Sequence record: PX880098.1
DNA: 44,688 nt
From: a phage
Direction: 5' to 3' (one strand)
A program made the translations under genes and the position numbers. Below the pieces are notes generated by a model. That model was not told the DNA's origin, searched no databases, and saw nothing but the letters and a program-made list of their open reading frames with translations. Of the stretch, positions 8,830 through 17,999 are shown piece after piece. Position 1 is the first letter of the stretch, and every line of letters begins with the position of its first letter.

Positions 8830-9444
8830 ATGGCGAAAACTAAAACAGAGATGTTCACCCTTATCGGGGCCAATCTCCCTGATAACACGACAGGGCTTAT
8901 CACCCCCGCAGCGTTGCGTGAGGTAATGACGCAGATGGCGGACTCGCCTATTTATGCCACTCCTGGTGTTAAAGAGGTTGAAGTTCTCCGTGCTGCATCG
9001 ACCGTGATACAAGCGCCTACCGCGGTAGACACAGCATTGCAGTTAACTTTTGGCTCTGCTCAGGGAAGTGCGTCTGACCCGGTAATGATTAATGCCGCTG
9101 GGCTAGTTACGTTTAACACCGCGGGTAGCTACGCTGTTCGCATCAAGTTACAGGCGGGGCGTACTGGCGCGAGCGGGACGTCCATCCTGTTATCGCGCAT
9201 TCTTCTTAACGGCGCTCAGTACGGCTCACCCGCCGCTACGAAACTGGTAAGCGCCGACGTAACAATCCCGATTGAGTCTCGGGTCGTTATTAACCCGACC
9301 GCGGGGCAGACTTTTGCCGTTCAGATTATGCGAGACATCGCCGGAAGCAACTTTGGCGGAGTATACTCTCAAGCGGCTACTGTAACCGCATGGGGCACAG
9401 CACCGTCAGCCCTACTGGTTATTTCGAGACTGGAGGCCGCCTGA
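8830..9444 (+). CDS. hypothetical structural protein (204 aa)
   Basis: Tightly packed ORF in head-tail joining region. Confidence 0.5.
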   Translation: MAKTKTEMFTLIGANLPDNTTGLITPAALREVMTQMADSPIYATPGVKEVEVLRAASTVIQAPTAVDTALQLTFGSAQGSASDPVMINAAGLVTFNTAGSYAVRIKLQAGRTGASGTSILLSRILLNGAQYGSPAATKLVSADVTIPIESRVVINPTAGQTFAVQIMRDIAGSNFGGVYSQAATVTAWGTAPSALLVISRLEAA

Positions 9445-9803
9445 TGAGCACAGCTTTCAGTAAACGTATGCAAGGCGTTGGTACACGCCTGTTAACCAAA
9501 TTCGGTAGCACGGTATCTCTGATTCGCGCTGGCTCGAAAGTGTGGGATGAAGTTCTCGGCGAGTACGTCTGGTCCGCGGATGAAGTGTTGCCATTAAAGG
9601 CCGTTCCGGTTCCGGTTAATGCAGGACTGGTGAACGGTACGACGATTCAGGCAGGCGATATGATTGTTAAAGCCGATTACAGCGTAGTTCCGAAGATGGA
9701 AGACAAGGTGCAATTTGGCGGCGAGCAATGGTCTGTCGCAGCTATTGAGAAGAAGATGGTTAACGATGATGTCGTGGCCTACTTTATTCAGGTGAGAAAA
9801 TGA
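9444..9803 (+). CDS. putative head closure / neck protein
   Basis: Start ATG 9444 overlaps upstream stop (CTGATGA); position in neck gene run. Confidence 0.45.
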   Translation: MSTAFSKRMQGVGTRLLTKFGSTVSLIRAGSKVWDEVLGEYVWSADEVLPLKAVPVPVNAGLVNGTTIQAGDMIVKADYSVVPKMEDKVQFGGEQWSVAAIEKKMVNDDVVAYFIQVRK

Positions 9804-10195
9804 GTTTCGCTCTCGATGTCTCTAAGTTCGTGGAAAAGGCGAAGAAGAATCCTGAGAAGGTGATGCGTCAGGTGTCTATCAAGCTGTTTTCCGCTATCAT
9901 AAAGGCGAGTCCGGTAGATACAGGCCGATTCCGTATGAACTGGATGGCGTCTGGCGGTACTCCTGCTTCCGGGATTATGGACGCTACGGATAAATCAGGA
10001 AACATAGCTATCGGAAACGCTACAAGTTTCGTGCTGAAAGCCGCCGACTGGCACGAGTTCACGCTGACAAATAATCTGCCGTATGCCCAACGGCTGGAAT
10101 ATGGCTGGTCGCAACAGGCCCCCGCCGGTATGGTCAGGACTAACGTGTCTCGCTTCCAGCAACTCATTAACGAAGAAGCCAACAAGGTGAAATGA
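9800..10195 (+). CDS. HK97 gp10-like tail component (neck/tail completion)
   Basis: C-terminal NNLPYAQRLEYGW matches the HK97 gp10-family signature; ATGA overlap with neighbours. Confidence 0.55.
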   Translation: MSFALDVSKFVEKAKKNPEKVMRQVSIKLFSAIIKASPVDTGRFRMNWMASGGTPASGIMDATDKSGNIAIGNATSFVLKAADWHEFTLTNNLPYAQRLEYGWSQQAPAGMVRTNVSRFQQLINEEANKVK

Positions 10196-10608
10196 TGGGC
10201 TACTTTGAGGACTTAACCAAAGCGTTCGATGTGCCGCTGGTAGCCTTTGGAACGACCAACGGCATCAAGGTAGCGCTTGAAAACATCGACGCGCCGACGT
10301 CAACAGATACGGCGTATCTGGCAAGCTACATGTTGCTGGCAGATACGGAACAGGCGGATTTGTTCTTCACGGAACAACGCTCAGGTGTTTATCAGGTTGA
10401 CATTAACTACGCATCGGTGAAAGGTAGCGCGCCAATCAATAAAATGGCAGACTTACTTAACACGGCGTTTAAAGCAGGTAAGTCATTTTCACGTAACGAC
10501 ATCTGCGCCGAGGTTCAATCGGTTAGCCTGGGGCCACTGATTGTAGAAAACGGATGGGCCAAACGACCATTGTCAATTAACTTTATTGCATTCACCAAGA
10601 GGCTGTGA
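10192..10608 (+). CDS. putative tail terminator protein
   Basis: 138-aa ORF immediately upstream of major tail protein gene; ATGA-coupled. Confidence 0.45.
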   Translation: MMGYFEDLTKAFDVPLVAFGTTNGIKVALENIDAPTSTDTAYLASYMLLADTEQADLFFTEQRSGVYQVDINYASVKGSAPINKMADLLNTAFKAGKSFSRNDICAEVQSVSLGPLIVENGWAKRPLSINFIAFTKRL

Positions 10609-10610
10609 AT

Positions 10611-11780
10611 ATGGCTACAACTCCTTTTAAGGGCGCGAATACCGCGCAATTCTATGTGGCGGAGACAACCCCTGGCGTAACCCCAGACAACCCTGTCTGG
10701 TCGCCGTTGCGTAACACCGGCGGTGTTCCTGCGGTAACCCGCGATGCGCTCACCTCCAACGAACTCGACGGCAGCCGTGAAACTACGTCCATCCGCACTG
10801 GTAACAAGCAGGTCAGCGGAGAGTACGCCATTGAGCTTAGCTCCCGTAGTCAGGATGATTTCCTCGCTGGTGCGATGACATCTACGTGGCAGGATGGGGT
10901 AACCTTATCCGCTGTCGGTATTACGGTAGACCCGGTAGCAAAAACTTTCACCCGCGACGCTGGCAGCTTCATTACTGACGGTGTAGAGGTCGGGGACCTT
11001 CTGTATTTTGACGCTTTAACTGGCGATAACTCTAAACCGTTCATCGTTACTGCCGTAACAGCTACTGTGGTTACAGGCGCAGGCATTCAGCACACCCTTA
11101 CCGCCGAAGGCCCTATTGAGACCGATGGAAAAACTGGCGACAAACTGGAAACCGGTAACGCATGTAAGACGTTCTCCATCCTGACATGGTTCAAAGGCCA
11201 GTGCGGGAACCCTGACGCGTACATGCTGACCAAAGGCGTGGAAATCTCCGGTTTCACCATTGAACAGGCCGTAAACGCGATGGTGACAGGAAGCTTCCCG
11301 TTCATCGGTCTGAGTCAGGAAATTCTTTCCGGCCCACCGGCAGGTTCCGACTTCTCTCAGGTCACATTCACCGATGAGCCGTTCTCATCTGTAGATGTGT
11401 CTGTGTCCGACGGTTCTACGCCGTTGCGTTGCGATACTCTGACCATCACCAACGACAACGGCGCATCTGCTCAGTTCGAACTTGGTAACAGTAGTGTTGC
11501 GTTCGTGGAGCGTGGTCGCGCGGCTAACACCTTCTCCATCTCCGGTAAGCTGTATGACATGGCGATGATTCAGAAGTTTATCAACGAGCAGCAGGTAGAG
11601 ATTAACTCTATTCTGGCTGGGGTAAACGGGGCCATGTCTTTCAGTTTGAAACGTGCGGAACTTACGGCGGTTACACCAGAGATTGGCGGACCTGAGTCAA
11701 TCACTCAGTCCATTGAAGGCCAGGCCACCGGCAATCAGTACCAGTCTTCTATTGTTATCCAGCGTATCACCTACGCATAA
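10611..11780 (+). CDS. major tail protein
   Basis: 391-aa ORF; SD AAGAGG 8 nt before ATG 10611; followed by strong terminator; position before chaperone and tape measure genes. Confidence 0.6.
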   Translation: MATTPFKGANTAQFYVAETTPGVTPDNPVWSPLRNTGGVPAVTRDALTSNELDGSRETTSIRTGNKQVSGEYAIELSSRSQDDFLAGAMTSTWQDGVTLSAVGITVDPVAKTFTRDAGSFITDGVEVGDLLYFDALTGDNSKPFIVTAVTATVVTGAGIQHTLTAEGPIETDGKTGDKLETGNACKTFSILTWFKGQCGNPDAYMLTKGVEISGFTIEQAVNAMVTGSFPFIGLSQEILSGPPAGSDFSQVTFTDEPFSSVDVSVSDGSTPLRCDTLTITNDNGASAQFELGNSSVAFVERGRAANTFSISGKLYDMAMIQKFINEQQVEINSILAGVNGAMSFSLKRAELTAVTPEIGGPESITQSIEGQATGNQYQSSIVIQRITYA

Positions 11781-11784
11781 AACT

Positions 11785-11810
11785 AAGGCCCCGAAAGGGG
11801 CCTTTTTCTT
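11785..11810. terminator. bidirectional intrinsic terminator
   Basis: AGGCCCC-GAAA-GGGGCCT followed by TTTTTCTT on plus strand; sits where plus and minus transcription converge; identical 29-mer repeated at 23352. Confidence 0.7.
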
Positions 11811-12363
11811 ACAAACCTAATTTTAAAGCAATGTCTATAACGTTCGATTTAACGTCACCGGGTATGATGTAGGTGTCGTAATCTTTTACACCATCAATAT
11901 CGTACAGGTAACTACGACTATCGCCGATGAACGTATAGCCGTCGCGGTGGAGGCGAACGATTCGCACGTCATGCCCCGCGGCGACGATAGGGGCAACTTC
12001 ACTGGCGAATCCACCGTCGGACACTACAAAAACTTCGTCGCCGTCAGGCAAGTTTTCAGCGAGATACTTACCGAAATAATCATCACCGAATACCGGTTTA
12101 ATGAATTGCTCAGAAATGGCAATCATGAACTGACGACGGGACAACCCATTAAGAAAACCCTCTGGCTTTTCTTTCCGTGCCCGGTCGTCGTAGCCGTCGA
12201 TAAATTCGTGGTAAGCATCCTGGCCTAACGCTGCCAAAGCAATATTGAACATTGGATTCTTGAAACTAGTAGTTCCTTTCGCAAAGCCCATTTCTACCAG
12301 CGCCATAGCAAGCGTGTCTTTCCCGCAACCCGCAGGGCCATTAAGAATGATTACCTTAGCCAT
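11809..12363 (-). CDS. deoxynucleoside monophosphate kinase (T4 gp1-like)
   Basis: P-loop GPAGCGKDT; C-terminal DGGFASE...VRIVRLHRDG resembles the T4 gp1 DTRQDHE...VIHVVRPG region. Confidence 0.55.
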   Translation of the reverse strand: MAKVIILNGPAGCGKDTLAMALVEMGFAKGTTSFKNPMFNIALAALGQDAYHEFIDGYDDRARKEKPEGFLNGLSRRQFMIAISEQFIKPVFGDDYFGKYLAENLPDGDEVFVVSDGGFASEVAPIVAAGHDVRIVRLHRDGYTFIGDSRSYLYDIDGVKDYDTYIIPGDVKSNVIDIALKLGL

Positions 12364-12851
12364 TATTTATTGCTCCCATGTGGTTTTAAGTGTGTAGAGT
12401 TCCCGTTACAGTCGTATTCAGTAACCGCGTGAGTGGTTATGCCGAGTTCGCGGAAATGCTTTATTACCGCCGGGGAGTCGTCGAACGCACACAAGATTCT
12501 TTCCAGCCCGATAGCGCGCAACACTTCTTCTTTAATTACGATGTCTTTTCTGTTGTCGTGTTTGCTGCGCATTATCAGCGTGTCAAACTTAACGTTATTT
12601 TCTCGCAACCATTTACGAGTCTCATCCTCAGCATCATCACTGCGCCCGGTAAGGATGATTATGGTCATCCCGGTATACCACAGTGTGTTGCACAAGTGAA
12701 TGTTGTCATATATCGGCGCATCATCTTTACAGGCTATGTTAAAAGGCTTCCACGCCCAGGTTTCGCCGTAGTTATCTTTCGGCAGCAGGTGTAACCGATG
12801 GGTGCCATCTGCCAATGTTCCATCTAAATCGAAAATTACAATATCTTTCAT
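12363..12851 (-). CDS. HAD-family phosphatase, T4 Pnk 3-prime-phosphatase-domain-like
   Basis: VIFDLDGTLA, ILTGR, NRKDIVIKEEVL and AFDDSPAVI align with T4 Pnk phosphatase motifs VIFDVDGTLA, VVSGR, TRKDDVVKEEIF, AIDDRTQVV. Confidence 0.65.
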   Translation of the reverse strand: MKDIVIFDLDGTLADGTHRLHLLPKDNYGETWAWKPFNIACKDDAPIYDNIHLCNTLWYTGMTIIILTGRSDDAEDETRKWLRENNVKFDTLIMRSKHDNRKDIVIKEEVLRAIGLERILCAFDDSPAVIKHFRELGITTHAVTEYDCNGNSTHLKPHGSNK

Positions 12852-13978
12852 CCCAGCATCTCCGGTGAAATAGTTAAACGTGCGACCTCGCCATATTCGG
12901 CGCTATAAGTAATTACGTTTGCACTACGGCCTGACATCCATCCGCCTCGCGAGGCGTAGGCATCTTTAGCCGCTAAGGTGCGGTGTTGCTCAACAATCAT
13001 GTTACGACTTTCTACAATCTTCTGGTGGTGCAGGTGGCCTACGTGGGCGTAGCTGTAAACACTCTCGCCGAACGCTTTACGGAACTTGGCAATCATAACC
13101 GGTTCAATAGCGTCGAACCGTGCTTTATGCCCGTGATGAAAGAACAGCGTCGTTTTGCCGTGTTGCACCATCTTGTAAACATCCGGCGACGTATCGACAA
13201 TCACTCGGCTGTCTTTTGAGTATAAAGTCGTGAACATTTCCGCCAACCACACAGACCCTACAGGGTCGTGATTTCCTTGCACGATAAGCAAGCGAACATT
13301 TTTGTGTTTAACCAGCGCCATATCAACAACACGACGCACCATACGAATCATGTAGCGGACCAGTTTCTGGTAGCGCGTATCTGCATCCAACACATGACGT
13401 GACTCAGGAGTAACGGCATCCAGACTATCAAAGTGCGCGAAGTCACCAAGAAGGTTAATAACCCCTGTTCCAGCATCCGGCGCTTTCTGGAACGCCGCAT
13501 CGAACCAACGAGAAAACAGGTCTTCCGCGATCTTCATGTCCCAATCGTCGCCGCTCTCGTCGGCCCATGCCAGCATACCGAGGTGGAAATCAGATACCGT
13601 GTAAAGATTAAGTAGCTTGTCGTCGCGTTTGGCGCGAACGGCTTTAACAGGTACAACTGGCGTAATCTCTGACTTCATGCCTTCGATTACGGCTTTCATC
13701 AACTCGACCTGACGTTCGGCGTCAGTATCGGTCTTAACCCATTGCAGTTTGGTGTTACCGAACTCATCCACCAGTGACGACGTTCCTTTAATCTTGTAGC
13801 CGTCCGGCACAAGGTGACTAACGTCACGCCCGTGGCCTACACCTTTCTTAGCCAGCTTCGCTTTACGGATACGAATCACGCGGTCTGAGATGCCGTATTT
13901 ACGTGCTATATCTATATTCTTCATCCCGGCGTTCAATTCTTCCTGTAACTGTTCGTCGGTTATTTTCTTATAGGCCAT
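12848..13978 (-). CDS. calcineurin-like metallophosphoesterase with N-terminal HTH-like region
   Basis: MPE motifs SDFHLG (DxH), GDFAHFD, QGNHD, HHGH, GHLHH; N-terminal NIDIARKYGISDRVIRIRKAK resembles an HTH. Confidence 0.6.
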   Translation of the reverse strand: MAYKKITDEQLQEELNAGMKNIDIARKYGISDRVIRIRKAKLAKKGVGHGRDVSHLVPDGYKIKGTSSLVDEFGNTKLQWVKTDTDAERQVELMKAVIEGMKSEITPVVPVKAVRAKRDDKLLNLYTVSDFHLGMLAWADESGDDWDMKIAEDLFSRWFDAAFQKAPDAGTGVINLLGDFAHFDSLDAVTPESRHVLDADTRYQKLVRYMIRMVRRVVDMALVKHKNVRLLIVQGNHDPVGSVWLAEMFTTLYSKDSRVIVDTSPDVYKMVQHGKTTLFFHHGHKARFDAIEPVMIAKFRKAFGESVYSYAHVGHLHHQKIVESRNMIVEQHRTLAAKDAYASRGGWMSGRSANVITYSAEYGEVARLTISPEMLG

Positions 13979-14016
13979 GCTTACTTCCTCGTGTTTAGGA
14001 TTTGTCCTATACTAGC

Positions 14017-14208
14017 TCACTTCTCTTTGACATTCGAGTTGCACGCCCAGATTAAAATAAATATCCATGGCAGCAGAACCCAGCCAAGAAACATATTAGC
14101 CATGAATATCGCCAGTTTCGCTTTATGACCCCGCATATGGGCCACTAAAAACGGGATAAAATAAACTAAAACGATAATGATTAAGAAGAACATAGTAATG
14201 CCGGTCAT
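14017..14208 (-). CDS. superinfection immunity (Imm-like) small membrane protein
   Basis: 63 aa, two TM segments; YFIPFLVAHMRGHKAKLAIFMANMFLGWVLLPWIFILIWA matches the Imm superinfection-exclusion family pattern; AT-rich. Confidence 0.6.
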   Translation of the reverse strand: MTGITMFFLIIIVLVYFIPFLVAHMRGHKAKLAIFMANMFLGWVLLPWIFILIWACNSNVKEK

Positions 14209-14249
14209 GCTGTAGCTCCTGTTTGAGTTAACATTGTTAGTGTAAGTGA

Positions 14250-14278
14250 ATAGTATCCTATTATGTTGGGGAGTGCAA
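14250..14278 (-). promoter_or_regulatory. sigma70-like promoter, family B (TTGCAC-N17-TACTAT)
   Basis: Minus-strand reading TTGCACtccccaacataataggaTACTATTCAC, almost identical to the plus-strand copy at 36092; drives the Imm/MPE/HAD/kinase operon. Confidence 0.6.
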
Positions 14279-14385
14279 GTAATGTGTTAGAATTATTTTG
14301 CGCCTAGTGTCGCACACGAAAAGCGGGTGGTTCCCGTCTGGCGCATTAACCTTAACCAGTAACCTCTTAACCAAAGGATTAAAGA

Positions 14386-14802
14386 ATGAAACTTTCTGAT
14401 TTTTATTACGAAGCTGAGGCGGAAAAAGGCGCCCGTATGCCAATCCCGCTGAAAGACGGCACCGATTCAGGGGAGTGGCTGAACGTTGTTTCACCGGAGG
14501 CAGACGTTGCCGTTAAAGCTATGAGGGCGTTTACACTTGCGTACCGTGCGGCATTAGGTAAATTGAAACCGCTTCGTGATAAATGCGAGGAACTGAAAGA
14601 TTTCTCGGAATACAATATCAAGATGGAAGACGCCGCGGCGGACCTTAACCGCCAGTTAGCACTTGAACTGGTTAACGGTTGGAGTCTCGATGATGAATTT
14701 AATGAAGAGAACCTGAATACTCTTTTTTCACAATATAAACGCCTCGCTGAACACGTTGTTGTTTTCCACAATGAACAGCTACGCCAATTGCAGGAAAAGT
14801 AG
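14386..14802 (+). CDS. tail assembly chaperone (gpG-like)
   Basis: 138-aa acidic ORF immediately upstream of tape measure gene, with downstream ORF in the -1 frame. Confidence 0.6.
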   Translation: MKLSDFYYEAEAEKGARMPIPLKDGTDSGEWLNVVSPEADVAVKAMRAFTLAYRAALGKLKPLRDKCEELKDFSEYNIKMEDAAADLNRQLALELVNGWSLDDEFNEENLNTLFSQYKRLAEHVVVFHNEQLRQLQEK

Positions 14803-14807
14803 ACGCG

Positions 14808-15167
14808 TTGCTCCAGTTTGCCCGTTGGAACTTCATAACCCGCCACAAACGGCGGGAGTTTGACAGTATCGCCGACGGGCATAAAGCCGCGCTAATTGCT
14901 ATGGGGGTTATGCAAGACGCGCCGGAAGCAACGCAGGACACAGGGCCGGAATGCCCCCCTGAGCTATTAACCACCTTCGAGAAGTACAGGGAAATCAAAT
15001 TCACCCGCCGAGTGGACGATGATGGCATCAAGATGTACCCGCGCGAACAGTTAAGATGGTCGGATTTAGTGGCGTATAGCACTGTTTCAGGCCAGAATAT
15101 AGGCATGTTTGAATCCGACATCATCATGAGCTTAGACGCTATTTTCGAGGGTAGAAACGATGGCTGA
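14808..15167 (+). CDS. tail assembly chaperone T-like segment (probably expressed as G-T fusion by -1 frameshift)
   Basis: ORF in -1 frame relative to 14386-14802, open from 14775; listed start is TTG; overlaps tape measure start. Confidence 0.45.
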   Translation: MLQFARWNFITRHKRREFDSIADGHKAALIAMGVMQDAPEATQDTGPECPPELLTTFEKYREIKFTRRVDDDGIKMYPREQLRWSDLVAYSTVSGQNIGMFESDIIMSLDAIFEGRNDG

Positions 15168-17499
15168 TGTAGCTAGTTTAGTTGTAAAAGTATCAGAGCA
15201 AGGCGCGAAAGCTACATCGGACCGTCTTGATAATCTCTCCAAGTCGGCAAAAGTAGCGGGGGCGGCCGTAGCTGGCCTCGCTTCCATCGTCGCCGCTACC
15301 GCGTACAAGGCCGCACAGGAACTGGTAGACTCCCAACGGCAACTGGACAAGATGTCCGCCAGCCTGAAAACGCTAACCGGAAGCACGCAGGGGGCAAGAC
15401 AGGCGTTAAGCATCCTGCAAGACTTCGCGCGCGACACTCCGTATGGCCTTGAACAGGCGGTAGAGGGATTCCGTAAACTGGTGGCTCTCGGCCTTACCCC
15501 CTCAGAAGAAGCGTTGCGCTCCTATGGCAACACTGCCGCTGCTATGGGCAAAGACCTTAATCAGATGATTGAGGCCGTTGCGGACGCTAGTACATTTGAA
15601 TTTGAGCGCCTTAAAGAATTTGGTATCAAGGCCAAGCAGAACAAAAACGATGTTGAATTTACATTCCAGGGCACCACTACGGTAGTTAAGAAGAGCGCCG
15701 CCGATATCGAGCAATACCTGCTCAACATTGGTAACGTAAACTTCGCGGGGGCTATGGCGGACCAGGCTAACACGCTTAATGGGGCTATCGCCAGTGCCAG
15801 CGATTCCTGGTCGCAGTTAAAAATGACACTGGCTACCAGCCTTGATGTTGGTGCTCTTGCGGAACCTATCCGGTACATCGATGATTTAATCCAGGAACTT
15901 AACGCACAGGTAGCATCCGGCGAACTCGCCGCTGAGATGCGTATGTGGGGTGACATCGCGTCGGAAGTAGGAAGCGCGATAGAGATGTCGTTCGATGCGG
16001 CATTTGGTTTCGTAGGTGATGCGATAAATGGACTTAATGAACTTTGGGATTTTAGCAGTAAAAGTATCACCGACAGCGGCGAACAAACTGCGACAACCAT
16101 CGCGGAATCAGCTGCCGATGCGCTCGATTTCATCGCAGAAGAATTTACCGCGATGGAGCGCTTCTTTGAAGATATGGTTAAAGGGGCACAGGACGCGGGC
16201 CGGTTGGTGAAAGCTGCCTTCACACCAGGGGAATCTGTAGACGTAGCAAAAAACATTAACTTCCAGCTAGGGATGGCACTGGATACTCAGCGCGATGTTG
16301 CAGACCTGACCCGTAAAAGTTTCCGCGAACAGGTGGAGGCTCAGCAAAACATAGTCGCGCTTAAACGCGCGGCATATGACATCGACAAAGAAGCCGCTAA
16401 GGAAGAAGGTCTTAGTAAATTTAAGGTAACTGGTACTGGTGGCGGATCCGAAGATGACAGCGCAGGTGCAAAAGCCGCTAAAAAAGCCGCAGATGCGTTC
16501 GAGCGCCAGAAGAAAGCCGCTGAGGATTTCTACTACCAGTCGATTCATCTCAATGATGACGTATTCCAGAAAATAGAAGCCAACCAGGAACAGCAGCTAA
16601 CCAAGCTACAGGAGTTTTACGGCAATCAGCTTCTTAGCGACCAGCAATACGAGAACGCTAAAACTCAGATTATGTTGGAGGCGGACACCGCTCGCCAGGA
16701 AGAACTCGCCAAGCGGGAGAAAGAACGACAGGAGAAAAAGCAGAAAGGCGACGACTTCATGGCTCAGATTATGGGCCAGAACGCTACTGAGCTTGAGCTT
16801 CTCGACATCCAGGAGCAGCAGAAACTGGCGGTCGCAGATAAGTACCGCGAACAGGGTCTGATTAACGAGGAACAGTATCAGGCGGCGCTTAACGCTATCA
16901 ATGAGCAGTATGCTATGAAGCGCGCCGACGCAACGGCAACGGCCTTTGGTAACATGGCCTCAAACATCGGGTCTGCGTTGGGCGAGGCTTCTGGAGCGTA
17001 TAAGGCATTCGCTATCGTACAGGCCACTATCGCCACGTACACCGCGGCTATTGAGGCGTATAAGTCAACGGCGGCCATCCCCATAGTCGGCCCGTTCCTG
17101 GCCCCTGTAGCCGCTGCCGCTGCTGTCGGGGCGGGTATGGCGCAGATTTCCGCTATCAGGTCCGCGCGTGAACAGGGTGGTCAGTTATCCGCGGGGCAGG
17201 CTTCCACCATCGCTGAACGCGGTAAACCCGAAGTTATCATGCCCGCTGGCGCATCGCGCGTGCGCACAGCACAGCAAATGAAAGAGATTATGGGGCAAAA
17301 CGGGTCTTCTTCCGGCCCGTCTAATGTTACCATTGTAAACAACACATCGAGTCAAATCGGCAACGTATCCACTGAGCAAGACGATGAGGGGCGTCTTCGT
17401 ATCATCATCGAAGAGCAAGTTGCCGCATCTTTGCAGAACAGCAACAGTAAGATTAGCAAGGCCCGCAAGGCCACAAGAAACGCGCCGGGGTTCAAGTAA
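15160..17499 (+). CDS. tail tape measure protein
   Basis: 779-aa mostly alpha-helical ORF after chaperone pair and before lambda-like tail tip genes. Confidence 0.8.
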   Translation: MADVASLVVKVSEQGAKATSDRLDNLSKSAKVAGAAVAGLASIVAATAYKAAQELVDSQRQLDKMSASLKTLTGSTQGARQALSILQDFARDTPYGLEQAVEGFRKLVALGLTPSEEALRSYGNTAAAMGKDLNQMIEAVADASTFEFERLKEFGIKAKQNKNDVEFTFQGTTTVVKKSAADIEQYLLNIGNVNFAGAMADQANTLNGAIASASDSWSQLKMTLATSLDVGALAEPIRYIDDLIQELNAQVASGELAAEMRMWGDIASEVGSAIEMSFDAAFGFVGDAINGLNELWDFSSKSITDSGEQTATTIAESAADALDFIAEEFTAMERFFEDMVKGAQDAGRLVKAAFTPGESVDVAKNINFQLGMALDTQRDVADLTRKSFREQVEAQQNIVALKRAAYDIDKEAAKEEGLSKFKVTGTGGGSEDDSAGAKAAKKAADAFERQKKAAEDFYYQSIHLNDDVFQKIEANQEQQLTKLQEFYGNQLLSDQQYENAKTQIMLEADTARQEELAKREKERQEKKQKGDDFMAQIMGQNATELELLDIQEQQKLAVADKYREQGLINEEQYQAALNAINEQYAMKRADATATAFGNMASNIGSALGEASGAYKAFAIVQATIATYTAAIEAYKSTAAIPIVGPFLAPVAAAAAVGAGMAQISAIRSAREQGGQLSAGQASTIAERGKPEVIMPAGASRVRTAQQMKEIMGQNGSSSGPSNVTIVNNTSSQIGNVSTEQDDEGRLRIIIEEQVAASLQNSNSKISKARKATRNAPGFK

Positions 17500-17999
17500 T
17501 GAGCGACTTATATTTCCCACGTAGCCTTAAGCCTATCGTATCGAAAGGCTATTCAATGACCAGACGCAACAACGTCTGGAGTGTAGATTTAGCTGGCGGC
17601 GGGGTGCGTCAGGGCCGTGACACGTACTACGACGTGTTCCCAGTGAGCGTAACCCTGATTACATCTGCAATGGGGCGGCAGGCGTTTCTGTCGTTCCTTG
17701 AGAAAGTCGATGGTGGTGCTTCAAGTTTCTGGATGGCGCACGACTTCGGCATGGGTATCGAGGATTATCAGGTAACAATCACGTCAACCATCGCGGAATC
17801 CACCGAAGACGGCATTAACTGGACAATTACCTTCACGGCAACCGCTGAGAAGTCTCCATTCCAGGACCTCGAGAATCAGTGCCTGATTAATAATCTGCCC
17901 GATTTGTACGGCTGCTATGGTGATGGGCTGGGATGTTTCCTTAAAGCATACGGAACCGCACAATCAACGTTTCCACGAATTTGGGACCCGATGCAATGA
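17499..17999 (+). CDS. minor tail protein (gpM-like position)
   Basis: First gene after tape measure; ATGA overlap. Confidence 0.5.
   Translation: MSDLYFPRSLKPIVSKGYSMTRRNNVWSVDLAGGGVRQGRDTYYDVFPVSVTLITSAMGRQAFLSFLEKVDGGASSFWMAHDFGMGIEDYQVTITSTIAESTEDGINWTITFTATAEKSPFQDLENQCLINNLPDLYGCYGDGLGCFLKAYGTAQSTFPRIWDPMQ

Noticed and set aside
11809-13978. Idea that the kinase, phosphatase and phosphoesterase form a DNA hypermodification pathway
   Set aside because: No thymidylate-synthase-like hydroxymethylase, glycosyltransferase or 7-deazaguanine genes are visible, so a modification pathway is unsupported; left as nucleotide salvage or end-healing hypothesis.
14026-14060. Plus-strand TTGACA inside the Imm-like gene as an antisense promoter
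   Set aside because: No acceptable -10 element at 16-19 nt spacing; likely a chance hexamer.
15561-16256. 231-aa minus-strand ORF inside the tape measure gene
   Set aside because: Antisense to a long, clearly coding gene; Ala/Ser-rich translation typical of shadow frames.
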